A stretch of DNA of 64,000 nucleotides from NCBI GenBank assembly GCA_964558935.1, contig CAZLFP010000004.1, positions 28,001 to 92,000 of the forward strand, in the 5' to 3' direction. How positions within the stretch are numbered: position 1 is the first letter of the stretch; each line of letters opens with the position of its first letter. The translations under genes were made by a program, and so were the position numbers. The stretch comes from an uncultured Gammaproteobacteria bacterium. GTDB lineage: Bacteria > Patescibacteriota > Patescibacteriia > 2-01-FULL-39-33. Positions 47,113 to 57,293 of the stretch are shown here, one piece after another. Below the pieces are notes generated by a model. That model saw only the letters and a list, made by a program, of their open reading frames with translations, did not search any database and was not told the origin of the DNA.

Positions 47113-48139
47113 TAAATTGACTTATTATTCTAACTGCCAGTTTATCAAGGTTGTGATTGTCAATCACTTCTTTTCTAAGAGATTCAGCATACGCACTTAC
47201 TGCTGGTGGTGTCAAACCAATAATCCACCTGATCTTATCTGCTAATTGATCTGACTGATTAATATCGACTAAAAAATCCTTGGATAAAACCTCTTGAAAC
47301 GCTTCATTGCCAGTTAAAACCATTACCCCGCAAGACATTGCTTCTAAAACCACTTTATCAACACTGCCTGTACCACTCATATTAATGAATAAATTTGCTT
47401 GTTGATAATAAGTCAGCGTATCTTTATTGGCAATCCAACCCAGAAATTCAACTTGATCATTCAAACCCATAGCAGTAACCATTTCTTTAAGATTTTCCAG
47501 ATATTTTTTTTGTGAATCTAAAATAACATCACCAATGATCTTGAGTCTAATTTTCTGGTTATTTAAAGCAGCTAGAGCTTGAAGAATCAATTCGTATTTT
47601 TTGGTTGGAGAAATTCTTCCCACAGACAATATTTCAAAATATTCATTCTCATTTTTATCTCCCGAAGGCCTAAAATAGTCAGTATCTATGCCGTGACCGA
47701 TAATCTTTATTTTTTTGGGAAACCAGGGTTGTCTAAAACTTAAATTTGAAGCAGTGACGATCTGAGTGGCAAATATTTCAACCAGTCTTCGCTTCCAACT
47801 GATTTTTCTATGTGTGTACCAGCTAACAACTCTTTTATTGAACAATCTAAATAACCAGGCAGATAATAATGTGTATTCAGGATTCATATGGCAAAAAAGT
47901 CCGTCTACCCGAAAAATAAATTTAAAAAGATAGTATTGTAATACAAATATTTTTAATAATTTACTATTGGGCAAAGATCTTAGATGAATATTTTCAGGTA
48001 ACCCCTGATCATAACTTTTTTGCCAAGTAATAACATAAAGTTCATCCAAATTAGACCCAAGCTTCTTGACCCAGTTATAAGTAAAGCCGGCCAAAGCGTC
48101 GCCTTGATCCACTTTTCTGGTTATCATCAATAATTTCAT
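47096..48139 (-). CDS. Family-4 glycosyltransferase
   Basis: GSVDKVVLEAMSCGVMVLTGNEAF. Confidence 0.75.
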   Translation of the reverse strand: MKLLMITRKVDQGDALAGFTYNWVKKLGSNLDELYVITWQKSYDQGLPENIHLRSLPNSKLLKIFVLQYYLFKFIFRVDGLFCHMNPEYTLLSAWLFRLFNKRVVSWYTHRKISWKRRLVEIFATQIVTASNLSFRQPWFPKKIKIIGHGIDTDYFRPSGDKNENEYFEILSVGRISPTKKYELILQALAALNNQKIRLKIIGDVILDSQKKYLENLKEMVTAMGLNDQVEFLGWIANKDTLTYYQQANLFINMSGTGSVDKVVLEAMSCGVMVLTGNEAFQEVLSKDFLVDINQSDQLADKIRWIIGLTPPAVSAYAESLRKEVIDNHNLDKLAVRIISQFNGKTS

Positions 48140-48141
48140 AG

Positions 48142-49854
48142 TTATCTATGTAATTTATATATCTGAATCTGTCCAATTTCATCTATCAATTCAAGTTGCT
48201 GATACTCAGACAAATCAATATGCCAATTTGCCCTCTCCGTTTGATCAATAATCAAATAATCAACGTGGTATTTTATCAGGGAATCCAGCCAATAGTTTTC
48301 ATCTTTACTGGCTAAGTAAGATATTACTTCTTCAATCTGCTCTTCTGGATAGTATATACTCTCAATGTCAAATTCCTCCAAACCCATTAGTCTATACACT
48401 TTATTTCTTTGACTATAATGACCACCCTGAGCTATATTCTGAAGACCGTAAATATTCCTTAATTTTCTTTTTATAAACTCCCTATTAAAATCTTCCATCC
48501 AAAAGTACTGCACTGTAAACCTGTCTAATACCTCTTGCGTACTCATAACATACAAATAACCAGCGCTATTATACAAGACATTGTTGTGAGTATATGAAGG
48601 AATACTTTTATCCAAATCATAATTGGTCATAACCACTTCATCTTTTACGGTATTGTCATTAAGCCAATTATATACTTTGGCATGATTTTGAATTTCAAGC
48701 TCCTGATCATAATCAAAACTGGATTCCTCTTTAACTTGACCGATAAATAGAAGAATTACCACTAAAACTAAAGTCGATTTGAATACATATGTTTGAGAAA
48801 CTTTAGTGATGAATTTTAACTTAAATAATAAATTAATCAAAGCTAAAAATATGAAATAGTAGGCTATTTGCTTATAATGACTGGAAAAAAATTGGTTAAG
48901 ACCAGTAATGACATGTTGGTTGACGTTAATGACAGCAGTTATGATGCCCAAATTTAAAAAAACGTCAACGTTAGTCAGCTTTCTAATCTTAAAAAAATAA
49001 ACCAGGTAGCAACACAAAACAATACCAGCCGGCAATAGAATATTCAGACCAGATGGGAAATGAGTTTTAAGCAAGCCTAATCTACTGATTGACTCAGTAA
49101 AAAATTCCAAGCGACTAGACTGCCACACCTGATAGAAATAAAAGGATCCCAAAAACAACCCCAAAACCGTGACCAAACATAAATCTCTAAATTTATCCCA
49201 GTACTTCTTCAAAAATGTGTACGCAATCAACAAACATTGGAAGGTTAGAAAGAATGTCCAAAAATAAGGATAAACATAGAACAAGAAGCCAAAATTCAAG
49301 ACAGACAGGATGATTATCAACTTACTTCTTTTAGAAGATATTAGATGCAGAAGCAATAATATTTGAATTAAAGCAAAAATAAACACAAACTGAGGACTTA
49401 TTGGTCTATTGAACTCATGGTAAAAAAATACAACAAAAAAATAAAAACTAGCTATTAAAGACCATAACTGCTTTTTTATCAACAAATGAATAATCGCATA
49501 ACTGAGCAGAAATATGAGAGTTGTAAATAAAAAATCATTAAAAACATACCAGTTACTGACACTCATATTGATTAACTTGGCAGGCAGAGCTGAAACCAAA
49601 TCGGGAATAAAGATTTGCATGGGCAAACCAGATTTATATTCTAGATAAAAAGCATTGCTAAGATAATAATAACCATCCACAACATCTTGAGCTCTGGCTA
49701 AATAAAACAACTCGTCATCATTGAGTAATCTGTTGATTCCCTGATAATTCTCACCTAATGCATGCCAGTAGATAAAATGAGGAATTAAAAAAGTCATACC
49801 AACTAAAACAGCTGTTAAGATGACCAAATAATTTTTTCGGAGTAGACTAATCAT
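48142..49854 (-). CDS. Large polytopic membrane protein (at least 12 TM) with a C-terminal soluble domain. It is a candidate glycan polymerase or GT-C-like enzyme.
   Basis: Assigned from the hydrophobicity pattern only. No named motif. Confidence 0.35.
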   Translation of the reverse strand: MISLLRKNYLVILTAVLVGMTFLIPHFIYWHALGENYQGINRLLNDDELFYLARAQDVVDGYYYLSNAFYLEYKSGLPMQIFIPDLVSALPAKLINMSVSNWYVFNDFLFTTLIFLLSYAIIHLLIKKQLWSLIASFYFFVVFFYHEFNRPISPQFVFIFALIQILLLLHLISSKRSKLIIILSVLNFGFLFYVYPYFWTFFLTFQCLLIAYTFLKKYWDKFRDLCLVTVLGLFLGSFYFYQVWQSSRLEFFTESISRLGLLKTHFPSGLNILLPAGIVLCCYLVYFFKIRKLTNVDVFLNLGIITAVINVNQHVITGLNQFFSSHYKQIAYYFIFLALINLLFKLKFITKVSQTYVFKSTLVLVVILLFIGQVKEESSFDYDQELEIQNHAKVYNWLNDNTVKDEVVMTNYDLDKSIPSYTHNNVLYNSAGYLYVMSTQEVLDRFTVQYFWMEDFNREFIKRKLRNIYGLQNIAQGGHYSQRNKVYRLMGLEEFDIESIYYPEEQIEEVISYLASKDENYWLDSLIKYHVDYLIIDQTERANWHIDLSEYQQLELIDEIGQIQIYKLHR

Positions 49855-51272
49855 TTGAAAAGATTAAACTTCAGAAAAGAAATACCCCCTCGAATAATTT
49901 TATCTCTCTGCTTACCATCAGCTAGTTTTTTTATAAAATACCAAATAATTTTAGGCCTGACATAGAAAGTTCTCCAAGCTAGTCTATAATACTTTTCCAA
50001 TTCTTCTTTAGTAAATCCATTTGGTACAAAATTATCTGCTGCAAACATCGATACCTTTCTCCAGTCTGGATTAAATGTGCCATATTGCGGAGCCAACAAC
50101 CAACTCTCAGCTCCTGGTAAAGGTGTAAAACAAGTGATGTGAAAATCATCCATAGGTGCTTTTTTAATAAACTCTAAGGTTGTTTTTATCGTCTCCCTGG
50201 TTTCACCATAATTACCTAACATGAACAAACCTTTAACTTTAATACCGGCTTTTTTGGTCATCATAAGAGTTTCCAAGGCTTGTTCAGCGGTAATATTTTT
50301 ATTTAATCTTTTTAAAATATCATTCGAACCGGATTCCAAACCATAATTTATTTGCCAACAACCAGCTCTCTTAAGTAAATCCAATATTTCAGAATTAACC
50401 ATATCTATTCGTCCCATAACAGAGAAAGTAATATCAATTTTCTGGTCAATAATCGTATGGCATATTTCCTTGAGCCTTGGTCTGAGTGCTAGAAAATTGT
50501 CATCCTCAATAAACAGATCTTTAATTCCATAATTCTCCTGCAGATACTTAATCATTCTAATTACATAGTCTGAGGAATATCCTCTGATTCTGTTACCAAA
50601 AACAGCTCTATCACAAAAAATACATCTGCCAGGACATCCTCTGGATGTAATTAATAAAGAAGCGGGAGAGCGATACAAAGAATCTGTTGCTGGCTGATAG
50701 AACCTGCTCAAATCAGGTAACATATCCCAAGCCGGAAATGGCAATGAATCCAAGTTATCTATAAAACCTCTTGCTTCAGTCAATACCAATTCATTTTCAC
50801 TTCGAATTATCAAACCCGCCACATCTTTTAAGGAATGATGATTATCCAATGCCTTAAGCAGTTCAACCAGAGTCACTTCCGCTTCCCCGATTACTCCGAT
50901 ATCAAAATCTGGGAATCTACTCATGGTTTCCTTGGGAACCGCAGTAATGTGGGGTCCTCCCAAAATAATCACCATACTTTTGTTCTTCTCTTTAACTCGC
51001 CTAGCAATTTCAGCGGCCGAGAAAATAGAAATGGTTGTGGAAGTAAGACCAAGATAATCAGGCTTTAAATTCAAAATATAATCAACTGTTTGGTCAATAT
51101 TCATCTTGAGCGCCAAAGCATCTAAAATCTTTGTAGCATATTCCCTATCTCGAGTAATAGCGGCTAAGATTGCGATACCCAAAGGCGGTAATTCAGAACC
51201 CGCTCCTTCTAAATTCTTGTACAGATCTCTGGCTAAAACAGGAGGATTCACAAAAAGAATTGACTTACTCAT
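49851..51272 (-). CDS. B12-binding-domain radical SAM enzyme (class B rSAM)
   Basis: It has an N-terminal cobalamin-binding-like Rossmann region and the radical-SAM CxxxCxxC motif (SRGCPGRCIFCD). Length is 473 aa. Confidence 0.75.
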   Translation of the reverse strand: MSKSILFVNPPVLARDLYKNLEGAGSELPPLGIAILAAITRDREYATKILDALALKMNIDQTVDYILNLKPDYLGLTSTTISIFSAAEIARRVKEKNKSMVIILGGPHITAVPKETMSRFPDFDIGVIGEAEVTLVELLKALDNHHSLKDVAGLIIRSENELVLTEARGFIDNLDSLPFPAWDMLPDLSRFYQPATDSLYRSPASLLITSRGCPGRCIFCDRAVFGNRIRGYSSDYVIRMIKYLQENYGIKDLFIEDDNFLALRPRLKEICHTIIDQKIDITFSVMGRIDMVNSEILDLLKRAGCWQINYGLESGSNDILKRLNKNITAEQALETLMMTKKAGIKVKGLFMLGNYGETRETIKTTLEFIKKAPMDDFHITCFTPLPGAESWLLAPQYGTFNPDWRKVSMFAADNFVPNGFTKEELEKYYRLAWRTFYVRPKIIWYFIKKLADGKQRDKIIRGGISFLKFNLFK

Positions 51273-51964
51273 GACTGTTTATTAATAATCAATATTTGAA
51301 GTCCTAAAATTCTGGGCTTAACACAGGTAATTCTATATGACTTATATTTGCCAGTCAATTTTTTCAGAGCTTGAACAAAATCCTCTTTAGAGATAAATAT
51401 CTGATCAGGCCAAGGCCAGAACTTTTTTAACTTCTTGTTTCTGGTTAATAGATACCATAAGTAATGGTATGAAAATTTGGCCGGGACTGAGATAATAACC
51501 CTACCACCTGACTTGCAAACATTGAGATGTGCTTCAATCATTGAAGAGGTGTCTGCAAAATGTTCAACTAAACCTTGTGACCAAACGAGATCATATTCTT
51601 TGTGTTGAGTTGGCCTAGTAATATCCTCAAGATAAAAACCAGCTTTGATGATATTTTGATCACGATACTCTTTCTTGGCTTGCTCAATAGCCTGCTGTGA
51701 GATATCGTAGCCAGTATAACTTCCAACGGACTTGACAATCTCTTGACCCAAACTAGCTGTACCACAACCGACTTCCAAAAAATCTAAATCGGGCTCTAGA
51801 TACTTCTTTAGAAAGTTAAATAAATAATAGTTATAGATTTGTCTGCCGAATGTAATAAACTTACCGGAACCGGAACTTTGTCGCTTCCAGCTCTGATCCC
51901 AGAGCAAATCTGAAGAATCCAAGTTTGTCTTACTTAAAATGTATTGATCTATGAGTTTAAACAT
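51269..51964 (-). CDS. Class I SAM-dependent methyltransferase
   Basis: Motif I is FLEVGCGTASLG, and an acidic post-I residue (GYDIS) follows. Confidence 0.7.
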   Translation of the reverse strand: MFKLIDQYILSKTNLDSSDLLWDQSWKRQSSGSGKFITFGRQIYNYYLFNFLKKYLEPDLDFLEVGCGTASLGQEIVKSVGSYTGYDISQQAIEQAKKEYRDQNIIKAGFYLEDITRPTQHKEYDLVWSQGLVEHFADTSSMIEAHLNVCKSGGRVIISVPAKFSYHYLWYLLTRNKKLKKFWPWPDQIFISKEDFVQALKKLTGKYKSYRITCVKPRILGLQILIINKQS

Positions 51965-52676
51965 CTGATTTCCTTTTCTTAAATTTTAGTTTGAAAATCG
52001 TTAAAAAAAATTTATAGATTTCTTTTTTGGATAATTTTGAATCACCCAGTCTTCTGTCATAAAAAATAATTGGTACTTCTTTTATTTTAAAATTGTTATT
52101 TTCAACTAGATATATCAATTCTTCTAAAAAAGAATAGCCATCGCTTTGAATGGAATCCAAATCAATCTGTTGAAAAACCTCCCTCCTATATGCCCGATAA
52201 CCACTGGTTAAATCAGCAACTCGTATGCCTAGTATAATTTTAGATATTAACATGGCTCCTTTGCTGCAAACCTTCCTCCATAAGTTCCAATCTACAACCC
52301 TACCACCCTTGACACGTCTGGAACCGACAACAACGTCATAGCCATTATTAATTTCATTTATGAAATCTCTAATAACTCTCGGTTCATGAGAAAAATCCGC
52401 ATCCATTGAAATGATAACGTCAGCATTCAGACATAGGGCATATTTAAAACCGGTCATATGAGCGCTGCCATAGCCTAATTTACCAGATCTGGTAATTAAA
52501 TGAATCCGCTTATTCTCATTCATCATTCTTTTTACTAAATCAGAGGTACCATCCGGAGAATTATCATCAACAACAACGATCTGAATTCTTTCAATCCCCA
52601 AATTAAGAATCTGGTTGATTAATTCAATAATATTATCCTTCTCATTATATGTTGCAATTGTTACACAAACTTTCAT
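51957..52676 (-). CDS. Family-2 glycosyltransferase, polyprenyl-phosphate hexose synthase (DPM1/GtrB-like)
   Basis: KVCVTIATYNEKDNI...IVVVDDNSPDGT...MDADFSHEP. The start is taken at MKVCV; the ORF-track N-terminal extension overlaps the neighbouring gene. Confidence 0.75.
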   Translation of the reverse strand: MKVCVTIATYNEKDNIIELINQILNLGIERIQIVVVDDNSPDGTSDLVKRMMNENKRIHLITRSGKLGYGSAHMTGFKYALCLNADVIISMDADFSHEPRVIRDFINEINNGYDVVVGSRRVKGGRVVDWNLWRKVCSKGAMLISKIILGIRVADLTSGYRAYRREVFQQIDLDSIQSDGYSFLEELIYLVENNNFKIKEVPIIFYDRRLGDSKLSKKEIYKFFLTIFKLKFKKRKSDV

Positions 52677-52677
52677 A

Positions 52678-53766
52678 CTATTTCTTATTAATAATTTCTG
52701 TCCAAAATTGAATAATCTTACTGGTATTATTACCGTATCTTTCAATCATAATTTTTTTGCCTTGTCTTGACATATCTCTTCGTAAGTCGGGGTTTTTCAG
52801 TAAATCCATAACCCTTTCAGCTAAGGCCTTATGATCCTGTACTGGAACTAAATAACCATTATATCCCTCTTGAATAATATCTTTGGCACCGGTTGTCAGA
52901 GTAGAGACTACCGGCAATCCGCAAGCATTGGCCTCAACAATCACCTTGCCAAAACTTTCCGACAGAGAACTTAGAACTAATACACTGGCTTGATGATATA
53001 TTTGAATCAATTCCTGAGCAGTTTTTTTACCAAGCAGCTGAATCCGGTTAAAACCAATCTTCTCCATTGCTCGTTTTATCTGCTGGTCAGCACCAACCTG
53101 AACGAATTCAACATTTGGGAATTTATCATGAATAATCTTAAAAGATCTGACCAAGGTTAAATAGTCTTTGACTTGGTCATTCCTGCCAACATGTATAACT
53201 CTGACCACCTCATCTCTATCTATTACTATATCATATTTTTTTAAATCAACAGGTGTTGAAATGACTCTGGCCTTACTGGCATATAAACCTAATTTTGCCA
53301 TTTGACCATTACTCATAACTCGAATACCATCTGCCCTTTTTACAACGATCTTGGAAATAAACAAAAAGAAATAGTTTCTAAATTGTTCTCTAAGCCAATT
53401 CTTATTGTGCCAAAAGTCTCCATGAAAATGAACCAACAACTTAGATCCGTATTTATTTTTTAAATTCAAACCAATTAATCCCGTAACAAAAGGAGTTTGA
53501 GTTACAATTAAATCATAATCTGTCTGTTGACATAATTGATGCCCCAATCTTAAACCGTCAAAAAAATAAAGAATTCCATTTAAAGAATTGGTTGGATATG
53601 AAGTAACTTTACTAGATAAATTATACTCTTCATATCCCTTTTTAGATAGAACAATAATATCCAACTTCTGACAATATTCTCCATATTGAATATGACGCTC
53701 AACAACATCACCAAGTTGTCCTTGGCCTAATAACCCCTTATCTATTGAGATCATTAATACATTCAT
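52678..53766 (-). CDS. Family-4 glycosyltransferase
   Basis: ESFGKVIVEANACGLPVVSTLTTG...G. Confidence 0.8.
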   Translation of the reverse strand: MNVLMISIDKGLLGQGQLGDVVERHIQYGEYCQKLDIIVLSKKGYEEYNLSSKVTSYPTNSLNGILYFFDGLRLGHQLCQQTDYDLIVTQTPFVTGLIGLNLKNKYGSKLLVHFHGDFWHNKNWLREQFRNYFFLFISKIVVKRADGIRVMSNGQMAKLGLYASKARVISTPVDLKKYDIVIDRDEVVRVIHVGRNDQVKDYLTLVRSFKIIHDKFPNVEFVQVGADQQIKRAMEKIGFNRIQLLGKKTAQELIQIYHQASVLVLSSLSESFGKVIVEANACGLPVVSTLTTGAKDIIQEGYNGYLVPVQDHKALAERVMDLLKNPDLRRDMSRQGKKIMIERYGNNTSKIIQFWTEIINKK

Positions 53767-54009
53767 CTATTGACTGATATATTTTTTAGCTAATTTATAT
53801 TCAAAAGGAAAAGCAAAAAACTTTAGTTTCCAACGTAACTTACATAACAGAACAAAACCTAATTTCAAAGCACGCTGTGCTTTAACGCTAGAACTTAAAG
53901 CACTTTTTAGACTATGCGCTCCAAATCTGACATTAGTCTTTAGACACTGAACTGTCATAGTAATCTTTATGTATATTAAAAACAGATTAATAGTAAAACT
54001 CTTTTCATA

Positions 54010-55170
54010 TTACAAATTAACTAACATATTATATGTCTCATCAACATTAGATTTCCAATTATATACTCTGATCTTTTCTTGACCGTTAGCCGCATAACTC
54101 TTAGCTAAATCATCATCGGTTAACAATTTTTTACTAACATTAAATATTTGATCTATATTATTATATTTAAATAAAATCCCAGTGTGATTATTCTCAATAA
54201 TTTCTGGATTTCCTCCGGCAGAACTAGCTGCTACCGGAGTACCAACTTTAATCACTTCAAGTAAGGTATGGCTCATACCTTCATACTTGGTATTTAAAAT
54301 GAACAAATCTGCTGCTTTGTAATAACTAGCTACCTTAGCATGATCTATTTTGCCTAAAAAATGAACTCTGTTTTCCAATTTCATTTCGTGTACCAGACTT
54401 TTTAATTTATCTAACTCAGGACCGTCTCCTAAAACCAATAGATTGACACGACCAAATTCGGCATTCAACTTGTGAGTAATTTTAATCAAAGTCTCCACTC
54501 CTTTCCAGGGAATTAATCTACAAGCAGTCATAATAATTTTAGAATCCTGACCATACTTTGCTTGAATATCATCCAAAATTTGATTATCTATACCATGGTA
54601 TTGAATAAAATCTATTGAATTATAGATAACTTGTATTTTGTCGGAAGCAATGCCTATTTTTTGAGTAATATCCGACATATAACGACTAACCGTTACAACC
54701 AAATCCGCATTCTTTAGAATTTTTGTTCTTCTGTTTCTTAATTTTTCCACTTTATTAGAATATCTCTTTGTTTGAAAAGTAGCTAAATCATCGTCAACCC
54801 ATCCTTTGGATAATGAAATTTCCCAGGCACTGTCTCCCACAAAACGTACAACATATTTTTTCCTAAGAAACTGACTGACTATATACGTTAAATATCCAAC
54901 CCCGTAAACATCCGTTGCATAAATAATGTCTGAACCGAGAGATAATTGAACCAATTTGATTAAATAGATAATTCTACTTAAAGGTCTATTTTTAATCACT
55001 CGCCATATCTTTCCCCGTTCTTCTCTCTTACTTGCAACAGTTGAAAAAGTTAAGATTTTAATCTTTAATCCTTTGTTCTCCAAATCTTTAGATAAAACTG
55101 GCAAAATGGTAGCCGGCCCACCAATATCTGGAGGGTAAATACCGGTAGTAATTAAAATGTGTTTATTCAT
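54010..55170 (-). CDS. Family-4 glycosyltransferase
   Basis: EGMSHTLLEVIKVGTPVAASSAGG...G. Confidence 0.8.
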   Translation of the reverse strand: MNKHILITTGIYPPDIGGPATILPVLSKDLENKGLKIKILTFSTVASKREERGKIWRVIKNRPLSRIIYLIKLVQLSLGSDIIYATDVYGVGYLTYIVSQFLRKKYVVRFVGDSAWEISLSKGWVDDDLATFQTKRYSNKVEKLRNRRTKILKNADLVVTVSRYMSDITQKIGIASDKIQVIYNSIDFIQYHGIDNQILDDIQAKYGQDSKIIMTACRLIPWKGVETLIKITHKLNAEFGRVNLLVLGDGPELDKLKSLVHEMKLENRVHFLGKIDHAKVASYYKAADLFILNTKYEGMSHTLLEVIKVGTPVAASSAGGNPEIIENNHTGILFKYNNIDQIFNVSKKLLTDDDLAKSYAANGQEKIRVYNWKSNVDETYNMLVNL

Positions 55171-56272
55171 TTAACAACTTATTTACAATGTCTTTGATTT
55201 GCAAGCTAACAGTCTGCCAATTATATTTCGTCTTAACCAAATCATACGCCCTGTCTCTAACTTGATCCACTTCGTACTTATGCTTCAAATCCAAAATATA
55301 GTTTAACTTCTCCGCAATACTTGTAACATCCTTTGTCTTAACAAACCAACCCGTTTCCCCATCCTTTAGAAAATCTACAATACCGCCGACCGGAGTGGCA
55401 ACCACAGGTATTCTACAAGACATGGCTTCTAAAAAAGCATTGCCCAAACCTTCAGACAACGACGGCCGACAAAAAACATCTGCCTGTTTCAAATAATCAT
55501 ACACTAATTGATTGCCGATCTGACCCTTAAATTCCACTTTAGCTGCCAAACCTTTTTTAACAACCAATCTTTCCAAGTGTTTTTTCAAATAACCATCACC
55601 AATAATCACTAACTTAGCCTCAACATCTGGCATAGCTTGGATTAAGTAAGCTATCCCATTCTTTTTAACCAGACGCGAGACAGTTATAACAACAGGCTTG
55701 TCCTTTTCAACTCTCATGACTTCCTTATCGCTGATATTAATACCATTGGGCACAACTTCCACAAGACATTTAACCTTAAAGCTTTTAGCTCTATCTGCTA
55801 AAAAATTACTAATAACCTGTATCTGATCTGCCTGTCTGTAGATCTGTTTATATATCGGTCGAATTGCAAAAGTTCTCAACCAGATGTCCCAATCACTGTC
55901 TCCTTCCTGTAGAGTTAGCAGATAAGGAATATTTTTGAAAAGCTTTTTAAAGTTCAAAGCAGCCCAACCCGCTTGGTTAGCCATCATGGCCCAAATTAGA
56001 CGATAATTATTCTGCTGATGCAATTCCCAGGCTTTATTAAAACCCAGCCAAGGAAAAAAATATTTAGCCCACTTACCGCCACCGACCCTATACACATTAA
56101 CATTACCGATCTTTTCCTCTGCCTTTTGCTTGCCATCCAAATTAACAGTTATCAAATCAAAAGAAAAATCATCACCGAGACGATCCGTAATTTCCTTAAT
56201 AGCCACTTCCGCACCACCGATAAAGGGATGATACGCAAGTGAAAAAATTAAAATTTTAGGTTTCAGATTCAT
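55163..56272 (-). CDS. Family-4 glycosyltransferase
   Basis: EGLGNAFLEAMSCRIPVVATPVGG...G. Confidence 0.8.
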   Translation of the reverse strand: MNLKPKILIFSLAYHPFIGGAEVAIKEITDRLGDDFSFDLITVNLDGKQKAEEKIGNVNVYRVGGGKWAKYFFPWLGFNKAWELHQQNNYRLIWAMMANQAGWAALNFKKLFKNIPYLLTLQEGDSDWDIWLRTFAIRPIYKQIYRQADQIQVISNFLADRAKSFKVKCLVEVVPNGINISDKEVMRVEKDKPVVITVSRLVKKNGIAYLIQAMPDVEAKLVIIGDGYLKKHLERLVVKKGLAAKVEFKGQIGNQLVYDYLKQADVFCRPSLSEGLGNAFLEAMSCRIPVVATPVGGIVDFLKDGETGWFVKTKDVTSIAEKLNYILDLKHKYEVDQVRDRAYDLVKTKYNWQTVSLQIKDIVNKLLNE

Positions 56273-57134
56273 TCTTGTGCCAGGTATTTACCAATTCTTC
56301 TCCATACACCTCCTTTAAATAATCCATATCCTTATTTGAATTTATCAAGAGATCAAGATTCTTATGTTCTAAAGCGTCAAATAATTTAAAACCATATTCA
56401 TCATTAACATGCTTGAAATAAAATTCTTTTAAAGCGGCAAAATCTTTTATAAAACATTCTCCTCCCGCTCCTCTGCCGGATTTATGAATCGGGTCGATAT
56501 GCATATTACCAATCCATGGATCATGAGACATAATGTCTCTGAACTTATTCCAGTCACAGCCCAATTGCCTAGCCAAGTCATAAATCATGTTCATATAGAC
56601 TACTTTGGTATAGAAAAAGCAATTTCTCAGATATTTAAATAACTCTGCCTCATAAGCACTCATCAGTATCTCATAATCTGCTTTAGGCAAAGTGTCTAAA
56701 ATCTGCTGAGCTCTGTTGAGATATTCCTGATTCCGAATGGGATAACCCACAATGTTTCTCTGAGGATGACGAGCATCTTCAGCGGCCGTAGCCACAGACA
56801 GAAATTCAGGAGAATGAAATAAATAGATATCTGAATGTTTTTCCTGGATCGCTTCTGTGGTTCCGGGTAAAACAGTAGATTTAATGACAGCACTCTTGCC
56901 CTGACCAATTAAGGGTATGACAGATCTCAGAACGCTGTCATCGAAACCAGACTGAGTGGTGGGGGTGGGTACGGCAATAAAAACAAGGTCACACTTTTGT
57001 ATTTTCTCCTTATTCTGCAGATAAGCTCCTTCAATTGAATATCTCACCACCTCATAACCCCTGGCTTCAAAATCATCAGCGTAATTTTTACCAATCCAAC
57101 CCTGTCCAATAAAACCTATTTTTAGATCTGACAT
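56256..57134 (-). CDS. UDP-glucose/GDP-mannose dehydrogenase-family protein, short form (292 aa) lacking the C-terminal UDP-binding domain
   Basis: It has the NAD-binding motif IGFIGQGWIGK, the block DLVFIAVPTP, KSTVLPGTT, the central domain HSPEFL...AEDARHPQRNIVG, and the catalytic-Cys block GGECFIKD. It ends soon after that block. Confidence 0.55.
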   Translation of the reverse strand: MSDLKIGFIGQGWIGKNYADDFEARGYEVVRYSIEGAYLQNKEKIQKCDLVFIAVPTPTTQSGFDDSVLRSVIPLIGQGKSAVIKSTVLPGTTEAIQEKHSDIYLFHSPEFLSVATAAEDARHPQRNIVGYPIRNQEYLNRAQQILDTLPKADYEILMSAYEAELFKYLRNCFFYTKVVYMNMIYDLARQLGCDWNKFRDIMSHDPWIGNMHIDPIHKSGRGAGGECFIKDFAALKEFYFKHVNDEYGFKLFDALEHKNLDLLINSNKDMDYLKEVYGEELVNTWHKNESET

Positions 57135-57293
57135 GTTTAATATTCAATTGATTTTTTACACGTAATACCTTAATATTATTATATATCTAGCGCAAAATGT
57201 AAAGATTTGATAGAATATTTTTCTTTAAATTTAGATAAATATTCTCAACTTAAAAATCTCCCTAATCAACATTAGAACATAAAATTAATATTT

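Noticed and set aside
53767-54009. A 243-nt gap with a 63-aa ORF (53767-53958) and the palindrome AAAGCAC-GCT-GTGCTTT (53866-53882) between two GT4 genes.
   Set aside because: The ORF is Lys/Leu-rich without a motif and is probably spurious. The hairpin is short, AT-rich and lacks a U-tract, so I cannot call it a terminator with confidence. It may be an operator or attenuator.
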